DNA of 64,000 nucleotides, from assembly GCA_963720465.1 (NCBI GenBank), contig OY970393.1, positions 1,568,001-1,632,000 of the forward strand, in the 5' to 3' direction. This DNA comes from Methanobacteriota archaeon (GTDB lineage: Archaea; Halobacteriota; Bog-38; Methanoflorentales; Methanoflorentaceae). Below the pieces are notes generated by a model. That model saw only the letters and a program-made list of their open reading frames with translations. It was not told where the DNA came from and made no database searches. Positions 1 through 9,210 of this stretch are shown piece by piece (within the stretch, counting starts at the first letter, position 1; the number at the start of each line of letters is the position of its first letter). A program made the translations under genes and the position numbers.

Positions 1-80
1 GACTGTTCGCTTTTCAGTTCGTCAGGCGCAGGCTCACCCGTCTTCGCGAAGTCTCGTTTCTTTCTATACTCGTCAAGCAA
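1..80 (-). CDS. NHEJ 3'-phosphoesterase (LigD PE domain, stand-alone), N-terminal part; runs off the window edge
   Basis: Not in the ORF track. Minus strand from TTG at 80 reads (M)LDEYRKKRDFAKTGEPAPDELKSEQ, matching the LxEYxxKRDFxxTxEP N-terminal signature of LigD PE modules. The start overlaps the ligase stop at 73-75. Confidence 0.85.
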   Translation of the reverse strand, partial: MLDEYRKKRDFAKTGEPAPDELKSEQ

Positions 81-948
81 CGCTTTGCACCTGATCTATC
101 GTGCACTCTTCGGCAGGCTTATCGTCCCGCATCCGTACGAAAACTGGCCCCCGCAGGCGGTGGTCTTTCGTGTACTGCAGGTACCTCACTTCGCACACCT
201 TATCGGGGACAACGTGCTGCACGTTCTTTGGAAGGGCGACGTTGCTGCCTGCGCGAACGAGCTCCGTCGCAAGGTCACCAAGGAGTGACTCGCTAAAGCC
301 CGTTCCGACCTGACCGACGTACGTGAGGCTGCCTGCGTCATATAACCCGAGGGCCAGCGACGCTATTGTCCTAGTCTTCGTTACGTACCCGACGATAACG
401 CAATCCACGGTCTTCTCATCCTTGATTTTGAGCCAGGCGTGCGACCGTCCGGTAACATAAAGGCTTTCCTTTTTCTTGGCCATGACGCCTTCCAGGTGAC
501 GTGCTGTTACGACGTCCCAGAGTCGCTCACCGTCGGCAGTGCCCGGTATTGTCTGCAAGTTTCTCCCTTCTTCGACGACGCCCGCAAGGGTTCGTTTTCT
601 CGTTGACAGCGGCAGCGTTTTTAGGTTCCTGCCTTCCAGTTCGAGTATGTCAAACGCGACGTACGTAGGCGGCCGATCGTGGTGCTTCCGTCGTTGCAGC
701 AGCGAGAACGACGGGTTCCCTTTCTCATCGTAGATCACGATCTCCCCATCGAGCACGCAATCGGCCTTGATTAGATCGCCAAACCCAAGCTCGGGAAACT
801 CACGGGTGATGTCCCGGTTGTTTCGTGATGTGAAGCAAAGCGTTCCTGCCTTTTTTTCGCAGAGCGCCCTGTAGCCATCCAGCTTAGGCTCAAAGATATA
901 CTCAGTGGACTTAAGAATCGCTTTTGTGCCCGTGGCGGCGAGCATCAT
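73..948 (-). CDS. ligD: ATP-dependent DNA ligase, LigD-type ligase domain (stand-alone NHEJ ligase)
   Basis: Motif I FEPKLDGYR, LDGEIV, YVAFDIL, EGVMAK, WLKIK, and an OB-fold with GQVGTGF ... LRGPVFVRMRDDK. ATGA overlap with the Ku stop. Confidence 0.93.
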   Translation of the reverse strand: MMLAATGTKAILKSTEYIFEPKLDGYRALCEKKAGTLCFTSRNNRDITREFPELGFGDLIKADCVLDGEIVIYDEKGNPSFSLLQRRKHHDRPPTYVAFDILELEGRNLKTLPLSTRKRTLAGVVEEGRNLQTIPGTADGERLWDVVTARHLEGVMAKKKESLYVTGRSHAWLKIKDEKTVDCVIVGYVTKTRTIASLALGLYDAGSLTYVGQVGTGFSESLLGDLATELVRAGSNVALPKNVQHVVPDKVCEVRYLQYTKDHRLRGPVFVRMRDDKPAEECTIDQVQSVA

Positions 949-1709
949 TTCAGGCTTGCCTTCAGTGCTTCAACGAGGTTCTCTTCTGTGGTGCGGCTGT
1001 ATTCCGTCTTGTGGATCGCAATCGTTTCCCCGCGTGCTTTTCTTTCGACGAGCTCCTTGAGGTCCTCCTCGAACGTATCGTGAAATTTGGTAATGTCAAA
1101 CTCATCGACCGTAATCTGGCTCAATAACTGTCTTGCGAGGTCCATCTCGACCTCAGAGAGTTGCGGCGGCTCATCAAGGCCATCGACCTGCATTATGTTC
1201 CGTATCTCATAATCATAATTCAGCGTTGTCAGAAGCAGGCCCTGCCTGTACGCTTCGATCGCACAGGCGTGTTCCTTTTCCCGCATGACAAATTTGCCGA
1301 TCGCGGTTTTGGCGGTCTGGTGGAGCACATTCCTGAATAGGAAATATGTCTTGTCCTTTGGTCGTTCTGGGCCCGCGTAGTAATGGGAGTTGAAAAAAAT
1401 CGGGTCGATTTGATGGGAATGAACGAACTCCACGATCTCTATCCAGGTGGATTTTTCGGGCCTGATGGAGTGAAGCTCTTCATCAGTAATGACCACGTAT
1501 TTATCTGGGGAAACTTCGATCCCCCTCACGATCTCGTCCTGTGACACCTCTTGCGTGCACGCGTCGCACCATTTCTTGTATCGTATCGGTGAGAGCTTGT
1601 CCTTGTGCAAGAGCCGTATTTTGAGTGGCCTCTGTTCGACCGCTGAGTAGAGTTTTACGGGAATGTTCACCAGTCCAAACGCTATTGATCCTTTCCACAG
1701 TGATTTCAT
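945..1709 (-). CDS. ku: Ku end-binding protein (prokaryotic NHEJ)
   Basis: MKSLWKGSIAFGLVNIPVKLYSA N-terminal signature, IDPIFF, D..F.DT..EDL and NLVEALKASL end. No basic C-terminal tail. Confidence 0.96.
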   Translation of the reverse strand: MKSLWKGSIAFGLVNIPVKLYSAVEQRPLKIRLLHKDKLSPIRYKKWCDACTQEVSQDEIVRGIEVSPDKYVVITDEELHSIRPEKSTWIEIVEFVHSHQIDPIFFNSHYYAGPERPKDKTYFLFRNVLHQTAKTAIGKFVMREKEHACAIEAYRQGLLLTTLNYDYEIRNIMQVDGLDEPPQLSEVEMDLARQLLSQITVDEFDITKFHDTFEEDLKELVERKARGETIAIHKTEYSRTTEENLVEALKASLK

Positions 1710-1972
1710 TTTGATGCACCGATTTTCAACGATAAGCGAATCTGCTTGTCATCTTTTAAGTAACGCTCGCCTTTCTGAGCGGACGTGCATGCTAACCGCT
1801 CGAGATGCTTATAGCATCGTTTATGTCACGATCAAATGGACCCCGCTTGTTAGTCTTTTCTCTTTCACACAAGTGGGCTGACCGACTGCCATCGAGGCCC
1901 TGCTGTCGCTCCGGCGCGATCTTCGTAAGCTTTTTCAAACTGCGAGGCGTTAAGTGCTGTAGGTGCGCTACT

Positions 1973-2104
1973 ATGCCAACCCCTCTTGACGTCACAGGGA
2001 CGATAACACAGAAGATGGCCCTGATTATCGGTGTTGTCGTCATCGCCGGGCTCGTGCTGGCATTCACGCCACTCAGGGTGGGGGGTACTCCCTGTTGGCC
2101 ATAG
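1973..2104 (+). CDS. Putative small single-pass membrane protein (43 aa)
   Basis: AGGTG SD-like site at 1961 before the ATG at 1973; MPTPLDVTGTITQKMALIIGVVVIAGLVLAFTPLRVGGTPCWP has one clear TM helix. Confidence 0.5.
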   Translation: MPTPLDVTGTITQKMALIIGVVVIAGLVLAFTPLRVGGTPCWP

Positions 2105-2299
2105 GCGCCGCCCTTTACGTTTTTGCGAGCGTCCGCACCTTGGTACAGCACCTCAGGTAACGTCACAGGTCGAGTTTTTCGAAAGACATTTCACAGGCTC
2201 TCCCGCTTACACTATTTTCAGCGGCTTAAAAACCTTAGTCGTGAGGTGCTCCTCGGTGGCCTCTGCCATTTTGCAATGCCTCAATAACAGCTTGCAATG

Positions 2300-2740
2300 C
2301 TACCCCCCATGTGTTAAGGCAAACAAGATCCCAGCGTAGACAAACGTTAGTGTCAAGATGGAGCCATAAAAAATGAGCAACGCTTTTGAAAGCATTAACT
2401 TGCTCGGTCTTGGCACTTCTATGCCCGCTTCGTACCGAGCAGCTCTCATATCAAAAAACTCGTCGCCTGTGTTGAGCTTATTTTCGACAATCTCTTTGTA
2501 CAGTGCCCTATACATCTCTTTTTGCCGCAGAAAATAGGCGTCTAGATACCAAAAAACGAGCAAAGCGAAGACGGCGATAAGCGCTTGATATCGCGTGCTG
2601 CTCAGCACCAGAATTATGCCGAGCACGGCCACGGTCCATCCCTTGATAATGACTGAATTAGTGGCTGTACGCTTTGTGATATTTTGAATAGTTGCGAGCA
2701 CTTCTAGTTCGTATGAGGAAAAACCCCCCTCGTGCTGCAT
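2300..2740 (-). CDS. Uncharacterised membrane protein (about 3 TM)
   Basis: 146 aa with hydrophobic helices and conserved-looking motifs IQ..KR...NS..IKGW and FWYLDAYFLRQ...YRALY; AT-richer than its neighbours. Confidence 0.75.
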   Translation of the reverse strand: MQHEGGFSSYELEVLATIQNITKRTATNSVIIKGWTVAVLGIILVLSSTRYQALIAVFALLVFWYLDAYFLRQKEMYRALYKEIVENKLNTGDEFFDMRAARYEAGIEVPRPSKLMLSKALLIFYGSILTLTFVYAGILFALTHGG

Positions 2741-3149
2741 CTGATATCACGTTTCCAATCCACTAGATGGCGTAATACGTAAAACGGGATCGTTAAAAGT
2801 TAAGTGTTTCTATATATTTGCGTCAAAAATGCGCAAGTACTTTCAGCTTGAATCAACTGCAACGAAAGAGCGAATTTCTGATTCTCAAATATGTAGCGAG
2901 AGACCCAAAAAAGCCGCTTAGCGTGGGCTATGCCAGCGCAAAAATATCAGCCCCCATGATTTTTCTTACGAAAACGGAAGACAGGGCGCTTACAATTTCG
3001 GAGATCGAATAGCGATTGCAGCGCGCGCAAGAAAACTATGCATAAACGACGGTGCACTCCACGCACAACCGCGTCTCACTGATAAGATACACGCCCGGAG
3101 CTCCAAACAAGGCCCACATATAATATGACTGTACTGTGTCAGTTTAGTC

Positions 3150-3560
3150 CAAGCGAAGGGGGCGGTAGGTGCTGGATGGAAATGATTTGGAGAGGGCGTA
3201 GGCGCCGTTCGGGGTGGTGATCGTGTTCGAGGTGCCAGAGGTGAGGGACCCTTCTTGTCGTCGGGGGTGTGGAGGTGAACCGTGGCGCTAGCGAGGGAAT
3301 AAGGTTTGGGTCTTCTTGACGTGGTTAAGAAGGTGGTCGATTGGCGAGCCGTGGGGGTGGCGCTGGAGGTCGACGAGTGAGGGCGGGGGTCTGCGCGGCA
3401 ACACTTGTTGCACACCTTTATGCTGATATTGGTATTGGCGGAGGATTTAGAAGAGGCGTGTCGTTCGAAGTGTGCCTGTTGACCAAGTAGTGGTGCCATC
3501 ATCCGCGTGGTAGTAACTTTGACGAGCTTGAGCTGTCGCGCTGCTGCTATGGCGACAGAT
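3150..3560 (-). pseudogene. Decayed remnant of the Ig-like repeat module
   Basis: Around 3310-3367 the sequence aligns loosely with 4180-4236 of the neighbouring gene (aaggtggtcgattggcgagccgtgggggtgg vs aaggtgaccgactggccgacggtgggggtgg). The peptide SSATPTARQSTTF resembles SDSTPTVGQSVTF. Boundaries are approximate. Confidence 0.45.
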
Positions 3561-3675
3561 GGGGACGCCGTACGGTGCATTCAGCTGAACGTGTAGAAAC
3601 CGACTGCTGCAAGATTTTCGGAGGCTTTAGCTGCGAAGACGGTGACCCCCACGCTCGTTCGCTGGTATTTCGACG

Positions 3676-4560
3676 CTACACGCTTATCTTAACGACTGCG
3701 CTCGTCGATGCTTGATAGGAGCTGTTGCCGGCGAAAGTAGCGTAGTAGGTGCGCTCCCCTGCGGTGCTCCAACTTGTCGTGAGACTGATCTGGCCGTTTT
3801 TGTCGGTGGTCTTGGTGGTGTCGTTGTAGCGCACGTCGTTGAGGTAGTGGTAGATCGTAACGTTCTTTCCTGAGAGGAGCGTTGTGCCGCTCGTCAGAGT
3901 GGCTGTGAAGTTGACCGATTGGCCGACGGCGGGGGTGGAGTTAGACGCGGTGAGGGTGATCTTCGTCGCTCCCACGTTGATGAAGACGGCGCTACTCGTC
4001 GATGACTGATATGAGCCATCACCGAAGAAGACAGCGTAGTAGGTGCGCGTGCCGGAGGAGGCCCAGCTCGTGGTGAGGGTGATCTGGCCGGCGGAATTGG
4101 TGGTCTTGGTGGTGTCGCTGTAGCGCGCGTCGTTGAGGTAGTGGTAGATGGTGACGGACTGGGAGAGCGCTTTTGTGCCATTCTTCAAGGTGGCGGTGAA
4201 GGTGACCGACTGGCCGACGGTGGGGGTGGAGTCGGACGCGGTGAGGGTGACCTGAGTCTGGCCCTTGACGGTGACGGTGACGACGCTACTCGTCGATGCT
4301 TGATGTGAGCTGTCACCCGTGAAAGTAGCGTAGTAGGTGCGTGTGCCGATGGAGGCCCAGCTCGTGGTGAGGGTGATCTGGCCGGCGGAATTGGTGGTCT
4401 TGGTGGCGTCATTGTAGCGGACGCCGTTGAGGTAGTGGTAGATGCTAACTGATTTGGACGACAGGGGCGTTGTGCCACTCTTGAGCGTGGCAGTGAAGGT
4501 GGCTGATTGGCCGACGGCGGGAGTCGGGTTGTTGACAGAGAGCGATAGTTGGGTGAGCTC
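3676..4560 (-). repeat. Three tandem ~294-bp coding repeats (Ig-like domains)
   Basis: 56 bp are identical at 4057-4112 and 4351-4406 (period 294); a third, more diverged copy lies at about 3680-3970. Confidence 0.9.
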
Positions 4561-5064
4561 TCCCTCAAGATTGCTTATTGTAGACCTCAGCAGCGTGGCG
4601 TTCGTCGGATACACAGAGGAACTGGCCACATTGCCTGCTGGGCTGATCACGTAGAGGGTCGGCGTGCTCGCGACTTGGTACGCCGAACCCGCGCTGACCC
4701 CATCTCCGACGGGCCATGTTACCCCTGTCTCCTCGACATATTGCTGAATGGCCGATGCCGCGCTACCATCGACTTCGACGCCTAGGAACTGAACCTTCGC
4801 GTCGTTCTTGTAATATGTGTTGTACAGAGGTACAAGGGTATCCTTAGCGTCACTTTGACAATATCCACAATCCGCTCCAAAGAATTGAATGACGACGACT
4901 TTTCCTCGATATTCGCTTAGCGTCTGGGTGTGTCCGGAAAGATCGGTGAACGAAAAATTTGGGGCCGACTGCCCGTTCGAGAGAAGTGCAAGTGCCGGTG
5001 CTGCTGTAGCCGCGATCAGCAACGCGGTGATCGCGATCAATAGAACTATTCGCTTTGTTGCCAT
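3676..5064 (-). CDS. Secreted TlpA/redoxin-family thiol-disulfide oxidoreductase fused to three Ig-like repeats
   Basis: Signal peptide MATKRIVLLIAITALL (ATG 5064), APNFSFTDLSG, CGYC active site, TPTLYVI, then three ~98-aa repeats with TPxVGQSVTFTATL ... IYHYLNxxRYxD ... RTYYATFxG. Confidence 0.88.
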   Translation of the reverse strand: MATKRIVLLIAITALLIAATAAPALALLSNGQSAPNFSFTDLSGHTQTLSEYRGKVVVIQFFGADCGYCQSDAKDTLVPLYNTYYKNDAKVQFLGVEVDGSAASAIQQYVEETGVTWPVGDGVSAGSAYQVASTPTLYVISPAGNVASSSVYPTNATLLRSTISNLEGELTQLSLSVNNPTPAVGQSATFTATLKSGTTPLSSKSVSIYHYLNGVRYNDATKTTNSAGQITLTTSWASIGTRTYYATFTGDSSHQASTSSVVTVTVKGQTQVTLTASDSTPTVGQSVTFTATLKNGTKALSQSVTIYHYLNDARYSDTTKTTNSAGQITLTTSWASSGTRTYYAVFFGDGSYQSSTSSAVFINVGATKITLTASNSTPAVGQSVNFTATLTSGTTLLSGKNVTIYHYLNDVRYNDTTKTTDKNGQISLTTSWSTAGERTYYATFAGNSSYQASTSAVVKISV

Positions 5065-5228
5065 GTTGTCTGTCTCCGAGTAAATACGCACGAGCCAAAA
5101 CCCGTGTCGAATAAAAAAAGAGCAGACTTAATAAGTGTTGCGATCCGCGCGAAAGCGTGCTCTCGTCAGAATCGCAACCGATTCTACGCAAAAAGGCTTA
5201 CCCGTGACGTCCGGTGCAACGACGCCGC

Positions 5229-6194
5229 TCAGCGCGTGGGCTGGCTGGGAGGCAGCTGCGAGGACGGCGCCTTCTCAAGCGTGGTCCGACCGCTAAGTCG
5301 TTGATTTCCCCGTACGAGGTCTACGTCTACGACGTCGCCGACGTCGTGCGCGTCCATTACCTTTATCAGGTCTCTTACGTCATCGATGTCAATGGCCCCC
5401 AGCCGAACGATAATATCCCCAGGCTGAATCCCCGAGAGGGCCGCCTGGCTGTTGCGCATCACAGCGGTCACCAACACGCCACGTTCGACGGAGAGCTTAT
5501 AATATGCCACGATTTTCGGATTAAGATCGACGCCGCTTATGCCGATCCACGGACGCACGATTTCTCCGCGTTCTATGAGCTGTCTGGCAATCCACATCGC
5601 CGGCTCTATCGCAATGGCAAACCCGATGCCTTGCGCAAACTGTATGACGGCCGTATTCATGCCTATTACCTTCCCCGCGCTGTTTGCCAAGGGCCCACCG
5701 CTGTTACCAGGGTTAATCGCGGCGTCGGTTTGTATGAGCTGCTCCATGAATGAGACCTGAGTTTGAATAGACCGGTTGACCGCACTGACGATTCCCACGG
5801 TGACCGTCGGCCCGCCGACGAGACCGAATGGCGTGCCCATCGCAATGGCCGTTTGCCCGATCTTGACCTCCGCGCTCTTTGCCATCTCAGGCACTGGCAG
5901 ATCGTGGTAATCGACGTGGATGAGAGCGATGTCCGTCTTCGTGTCGATGCCGCGCACTTGCGCGCGAGAGGTTCGTCCATCTTGCAGCGTCACTTGTATT
6001 TCTTGGGAGCCCAGCACCACGTGGGAGTTTGTCATGATATAGCCGTCCTCACCGATGATAATACCTGATCCGACTCCTTGAACGGGATGCACCTGTAAAT
6101 AAGCGTCCTGAATAAGCTTTACGTCACTCACGTTGGCCACGCTCGGCATGACTTTCTCGACCGCGGCGACAATCGTATCATCGTAACTTGCTAT
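5229..6194 (-). CDS. htrA: HtrA/DegP-like trypsin serine protease with one PDZ domain, no signal peptide
   Basis: GSGII, TNSHVV, DIAL, QTDAAINPGNSGGPL, PDZ RPWIGI. The first ATG is 6149, but the frame stays open and HtrA-like (IVAAVEKVMPSV) up to an ATA at 6194, 4 nt after GAGGTGA. Confidence 0.92.
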   Translation of the reverse strand: MASYDDTIVAAVEKVMPSVANVSDVKLIQDAYLQVHPVQGVGSGIIIGEDGYIMTNSHVVLGSQEIQVTLQDGRTSRAQVRGIDTKTDIALIHVDYHDLPVPEMAKSAEVKIGQTAIAMGTPFGLVGGPTVTVGIVSAVNRSIQTQVSFMEQLIQTDAAINPGNSGGPLANSAGKVIGMNTAVIQFAQGIGFAIAIEPAMWIARQLIERGEIVRPWIGISGVDLNPKIVAYYKLSVERGVLVTAVMRNSQAALSGIQPGDIIVRLGAIDIDDVRDLIKVMDAHDVGDVVDVDLVRGNQRLSGRTTLEKAPSSQLPPSQPTR

Positions 6195-6998
6195 GGTATC
6201 ACCTCGTGCACAGCAGTGATGTTCTTGCAGGGTGTTAGCCGTTTCCCACCTTTTCTACCACTTCGATCGTCGAATGATCGTGTTACACAGGACTGATCAT
6301 TGGCTGAGAGAGCTGTACCGCTTTCATCTCCGACGTGCACGCCGTAGACTCTTGCGGCTTCCTAGCGCGCTATTTTTTGATACGGAAACGCAGTTTTTTG
6401 GTGGCCGACGAGGCGAGTTACCGGGTCTCGCGTGTCGAAATGGAAGTCTCGCAGAGCCCTGACTGTCTGCTGAGGGTTGACGATACGCAACGGAGCGAAA
6501 TGGACCCGTTCGCTTAACGTTAGGTGCCAAACTGTCTCGTGCCCGAAGCAGAAATCCTGTGGCTATCAATCAAAAAAGACGATCGTCTATAAGGCGCTTC
6601 GTCAATTCTATTGCGCCATGCTGTGCGTTGCGTTCGTTAAGCATTCTGCTCGCGTCGTCTTCGCGCAATGAAAGCGAAGGCCACAGAGAGAAGATTGAGC
6701 CCAGTAATGATCCAGGTTCGTGCTTCTCGTGTTCGCAGCCATAGGTTCACCTCCGATTCAAACTGCGCGGATACTCATAAGTCTGCGTTAAGCGAACATT
6801 GTGTGCGAAAACGCGACACTTCCATCGTGTTAGATGTTCGTTTTGCTTGATCAGCGGCTTGCAACGTGCAGGCGCTTCATAATGGATCTACGATTTTACA
6901 TGATTGCACCGAAATCGATACGCAACTATAACAACTGCATGCGTATAATAAACCAGCAAAAACGAAACGGTTAAGGCGGGAAACTGCAATTAGTACAC

Positions 6999-7092
6999 GG
7001 AGCGGTTCCGGTTTATACGCGACCAGGTGCCGCTCCAACTACGATCACTTTGCTCTTCGTCTCTATCGTTGCGCAGCGGTCTCCCTACTTTT
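6999..7092 (+). ncRNA. Candidate small structured RNA
   Basis: BRE/TATA-like CGAAACGGTTAAG at 6963-6975; a long hairpin GGAGCGG...CCGCTCC (6999-7036) starting about 25 nt downstream; a second stem ACGAT/ATCGT; a T-run at 7088-7092; no convincing ORF. Confidence 0.35.
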
Positions 7093-7374
7093 GAAAAATC
7101 AGACGGATCATGCATCGCTAAATGATATTCGCGCTCGAAAGCACTTTGAACTCATTGAGCACGTACGAACAGCCGCTGGCGATTGCGACAGACGGGAGTA
7201 CACTTGTCGTATCTCACTAAGTGTTTTCACTTGCGCTGATTCACGCGTTTCTTTGGAGGCTACGATAGATCGACGAAGTGTTGTGACAGCCCCCATTACC
7301 TACTCACTCGACTGTTCTGACTGCGGTGTGAGTGATAGCGGTCACACGACCGCCCTAAGACTCACCGGGTCGTA

Positions 7375-9210
7375 TCACGAGACTGTGATTTTTAGCGGGG
7401 TACTTGAGGCGGCGACGTATTTCGAGGTGCCACTGTAGGTGGTCTTGAAGTAGTAAGTGCCCGACGGGAGAGATCCAGAGAACGCATAGACTCCGTTAGC
7501 GGTGGTGACGGAAGGGCTGCTCGAAGCGAGATAATACGTGCCACCTGAAGCCGATGACCAGTAGAGATAGACGTCGCCGCCTGCCACAGGAACTGGAATC
7601 GATTCTTTAGTTTTTAGGGTGCCAGAGATGATGACAGATTGGCCGACGCCAGGGCTGGACGGAGTGGCAGTTATGGAGAGCTGTGTGGCTAGTTTAGCAG
7701 ATGAGGACGTGACGGTAACCTTAACAACACTGCTGTAGGATGCGAGATAATCGCTAGTGGCGTTGTGGTAGAGGCGGAAGTAATAAGTCCCCGTGCTTCC
7801 AATAGCGCCTGCGAAGGAGCAGCCTCCGTTGACCGTGTTTGCGGCCAAGGCAGACCCGAGCTCCCACGTTTTTTGATCCGTTGATGCCTGCAACCAGACT
7901 GGCTCGCCCGAAAGCGGCGTCTTTGTTGCCGTCGTATAAAGCTGTCCGTAGAATAGTAGTGGTTGGTTGACGGTAGGGGTAGTATTGCTAACGGATATAT
8001 AAAGAACGGTTGACTGCGCACCGGTGCAGTTGATTGTTATTGTGCTGCTGACGCTTCCTAGGTACGTAACATTCCCAGCATAAACGCTGCGGAAGTAGTA
8101 GAGGCCTTGGCCGGTGACAGAGCCATAGAAGAGGTAATACCCATTCGTGGAGCCGTTCGTGCCGTTCCCAGTGGTGGTGGGCTGCGAAGAAGCGGAAGAC
8201 CAGGTCTTAGTATCCAGAGAGTATTGAAGATTAACGGGTGCATTGGGAATGCCGCCACCGGTGCCATTTGTAAGTGTGCCGTAGAGTGTAAACCGTTGGC
8301 CAGACGCAACCTTGCCAGAGACAGCAGAGCTACTTATAGAGAGTTGAGTGCCTATTCTGTTGCGCACGGTGACGGTGATGGGTGTCGAGTTGCTCGCGCT
8401 GTAACTCGCAAAACCGGTAAAGGAGGCTTCGTACTTATACGTCCCGGCTGTGGACTCTGAATAAGTGAGGGTAAAGTTGCCGCCCGCATCGGTGGTATTC
8501 GTCACGCCGGTGGAAACGTATGCGGCGCCGTTCCATCGGTCCAGATGAATGGTTTGATATGGGATTCCTGCGCCAGAGCTGTTCGTAAGGTTTCCCGTGA
8601 TATTGAACGGTTCAGTCGTATTGACCGTCGGTTTATCTACAGAGGCGGTGATCTGCGTGCTGTTCTGCGTCGCTCCGACGTTGATGGTGACGACTCTGCT
8701 TGTCGATGTTAGATAGGTGCTGTTCCCTGCAAACGTCGCGTAATAAGAACGTGTGCCATTAGAGCCAAAGCTCTCTGGGAAGTTGAACGTTGTGTACTTA
8801 GTGGTGTCGTTGTAGCGGATGCCGTTGAGATAATGATAGATGGTGACGGGCCCCGAGATGGGCGTGGCGCCGCTTATCAGGGTGGCGGTGAAGGTGACCG
8901 ATTGGCCGACGGCAGGCGCGGAATTGGTAACAGAGAGAGTGGTCTCCGTCGTGGCTGCCCCGACAGTGGTCACTTTCTGTGTGCTGCTTGCTGAGGAGGT
9001 GGCGTTCGCGCTCGGAGATGCGCTCGGCGTGGCACTGCCTGTTGTGGCATTTCCATTCAACGTGCTATTAGTCGCGTTCGTCGCAACAGCGCTATTCAAT
9101 GTGCCATTCGTAGTCGCGCTCGTCGCAAGAGTAATCGTTGCACACCCGGCAAAAAAGACGGTGATGAGGAGCAGGGCGACAAGTGGCGAAATGAGTTTAA
9201 CCGCTTTCAT
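7375..9210 (-). CDS. Surface lipoprotein with multiple Ig-like domains
   Basis: GAGGT SD before ATG 9210; lipobox FFAGC; S/T/N-rich linker with many NxS/T sequons; about five Ig-like beta domains, the first carrying the same IYHYLNGIRYND motif as the redoxin fusion. Confidence 0.85.
   Translation of the reverse strand: MKAVKLISPLVALLLITVFFAGCATITLATSATTNGTLNSAVATNATNSTLNGNATTGSATPSASPSANATSSASSTQKVTTVGAATTETTLSVTNSAPAVGQSVTFTATLISGATPISGPVTIYHYLNGIRYNDTTKYTTFNFPESFGSNGTRSYYATFAGNSTYLTSTSRVVTINVGATQNSTQITASVDKPTVNTTEPFNITGNLTNSSGAGIPYQTIHLDRWNGAAYVSTGVTNTTDAGGNFTLTYSESTAGTYKYEASFTGFASYSASNSTPITVTVRNRIGTQLSISSSAVSGKVASGQRFTLYGTLTNGTGGGIPNAPVNLQYSLDTKTWSSASSQPTTTGNGTNGSTNGYYLFYGSVTGQGLYYFRSVYAGNVTYLGSVSSTITINCTGAQSTVLYISVSNTTPTVNQPLLFYGQLYTTATKTPLSGEPVWLQASTDQKTWELGSALAANTVNGGCSFAGAIGSTGTYYFRLYHNATSDYLASYSSVVKVTVTSSSAKLATQLSITATPSSPGVGQSVIISGTLKTKESIPVPVAGGDVYLYWSSASGGTYYLASSSPSVTTANGVYAFSGSLPSGTYYFKTTYSGTSKYVAASSTPLKITVS

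Noticed and set aside
2990-3580. 196-aa minus-strand ORF as a real gene
   Set aside because: Low-complexity S/P/R/T composition, no SD or signal peptide; better explained as decayed Ig-repeat DNA.
3150-4560. Diversity-generating retroelement (template/variable repeat pair)
   Set aside because: Mismatches between copies are not adenine-specific and include indels; no reverse transcriptase in the window.
6999-7038. tRNA gene
   Set aside because: Only 38 nt between the paired ends; no D, anticodon or T arm.
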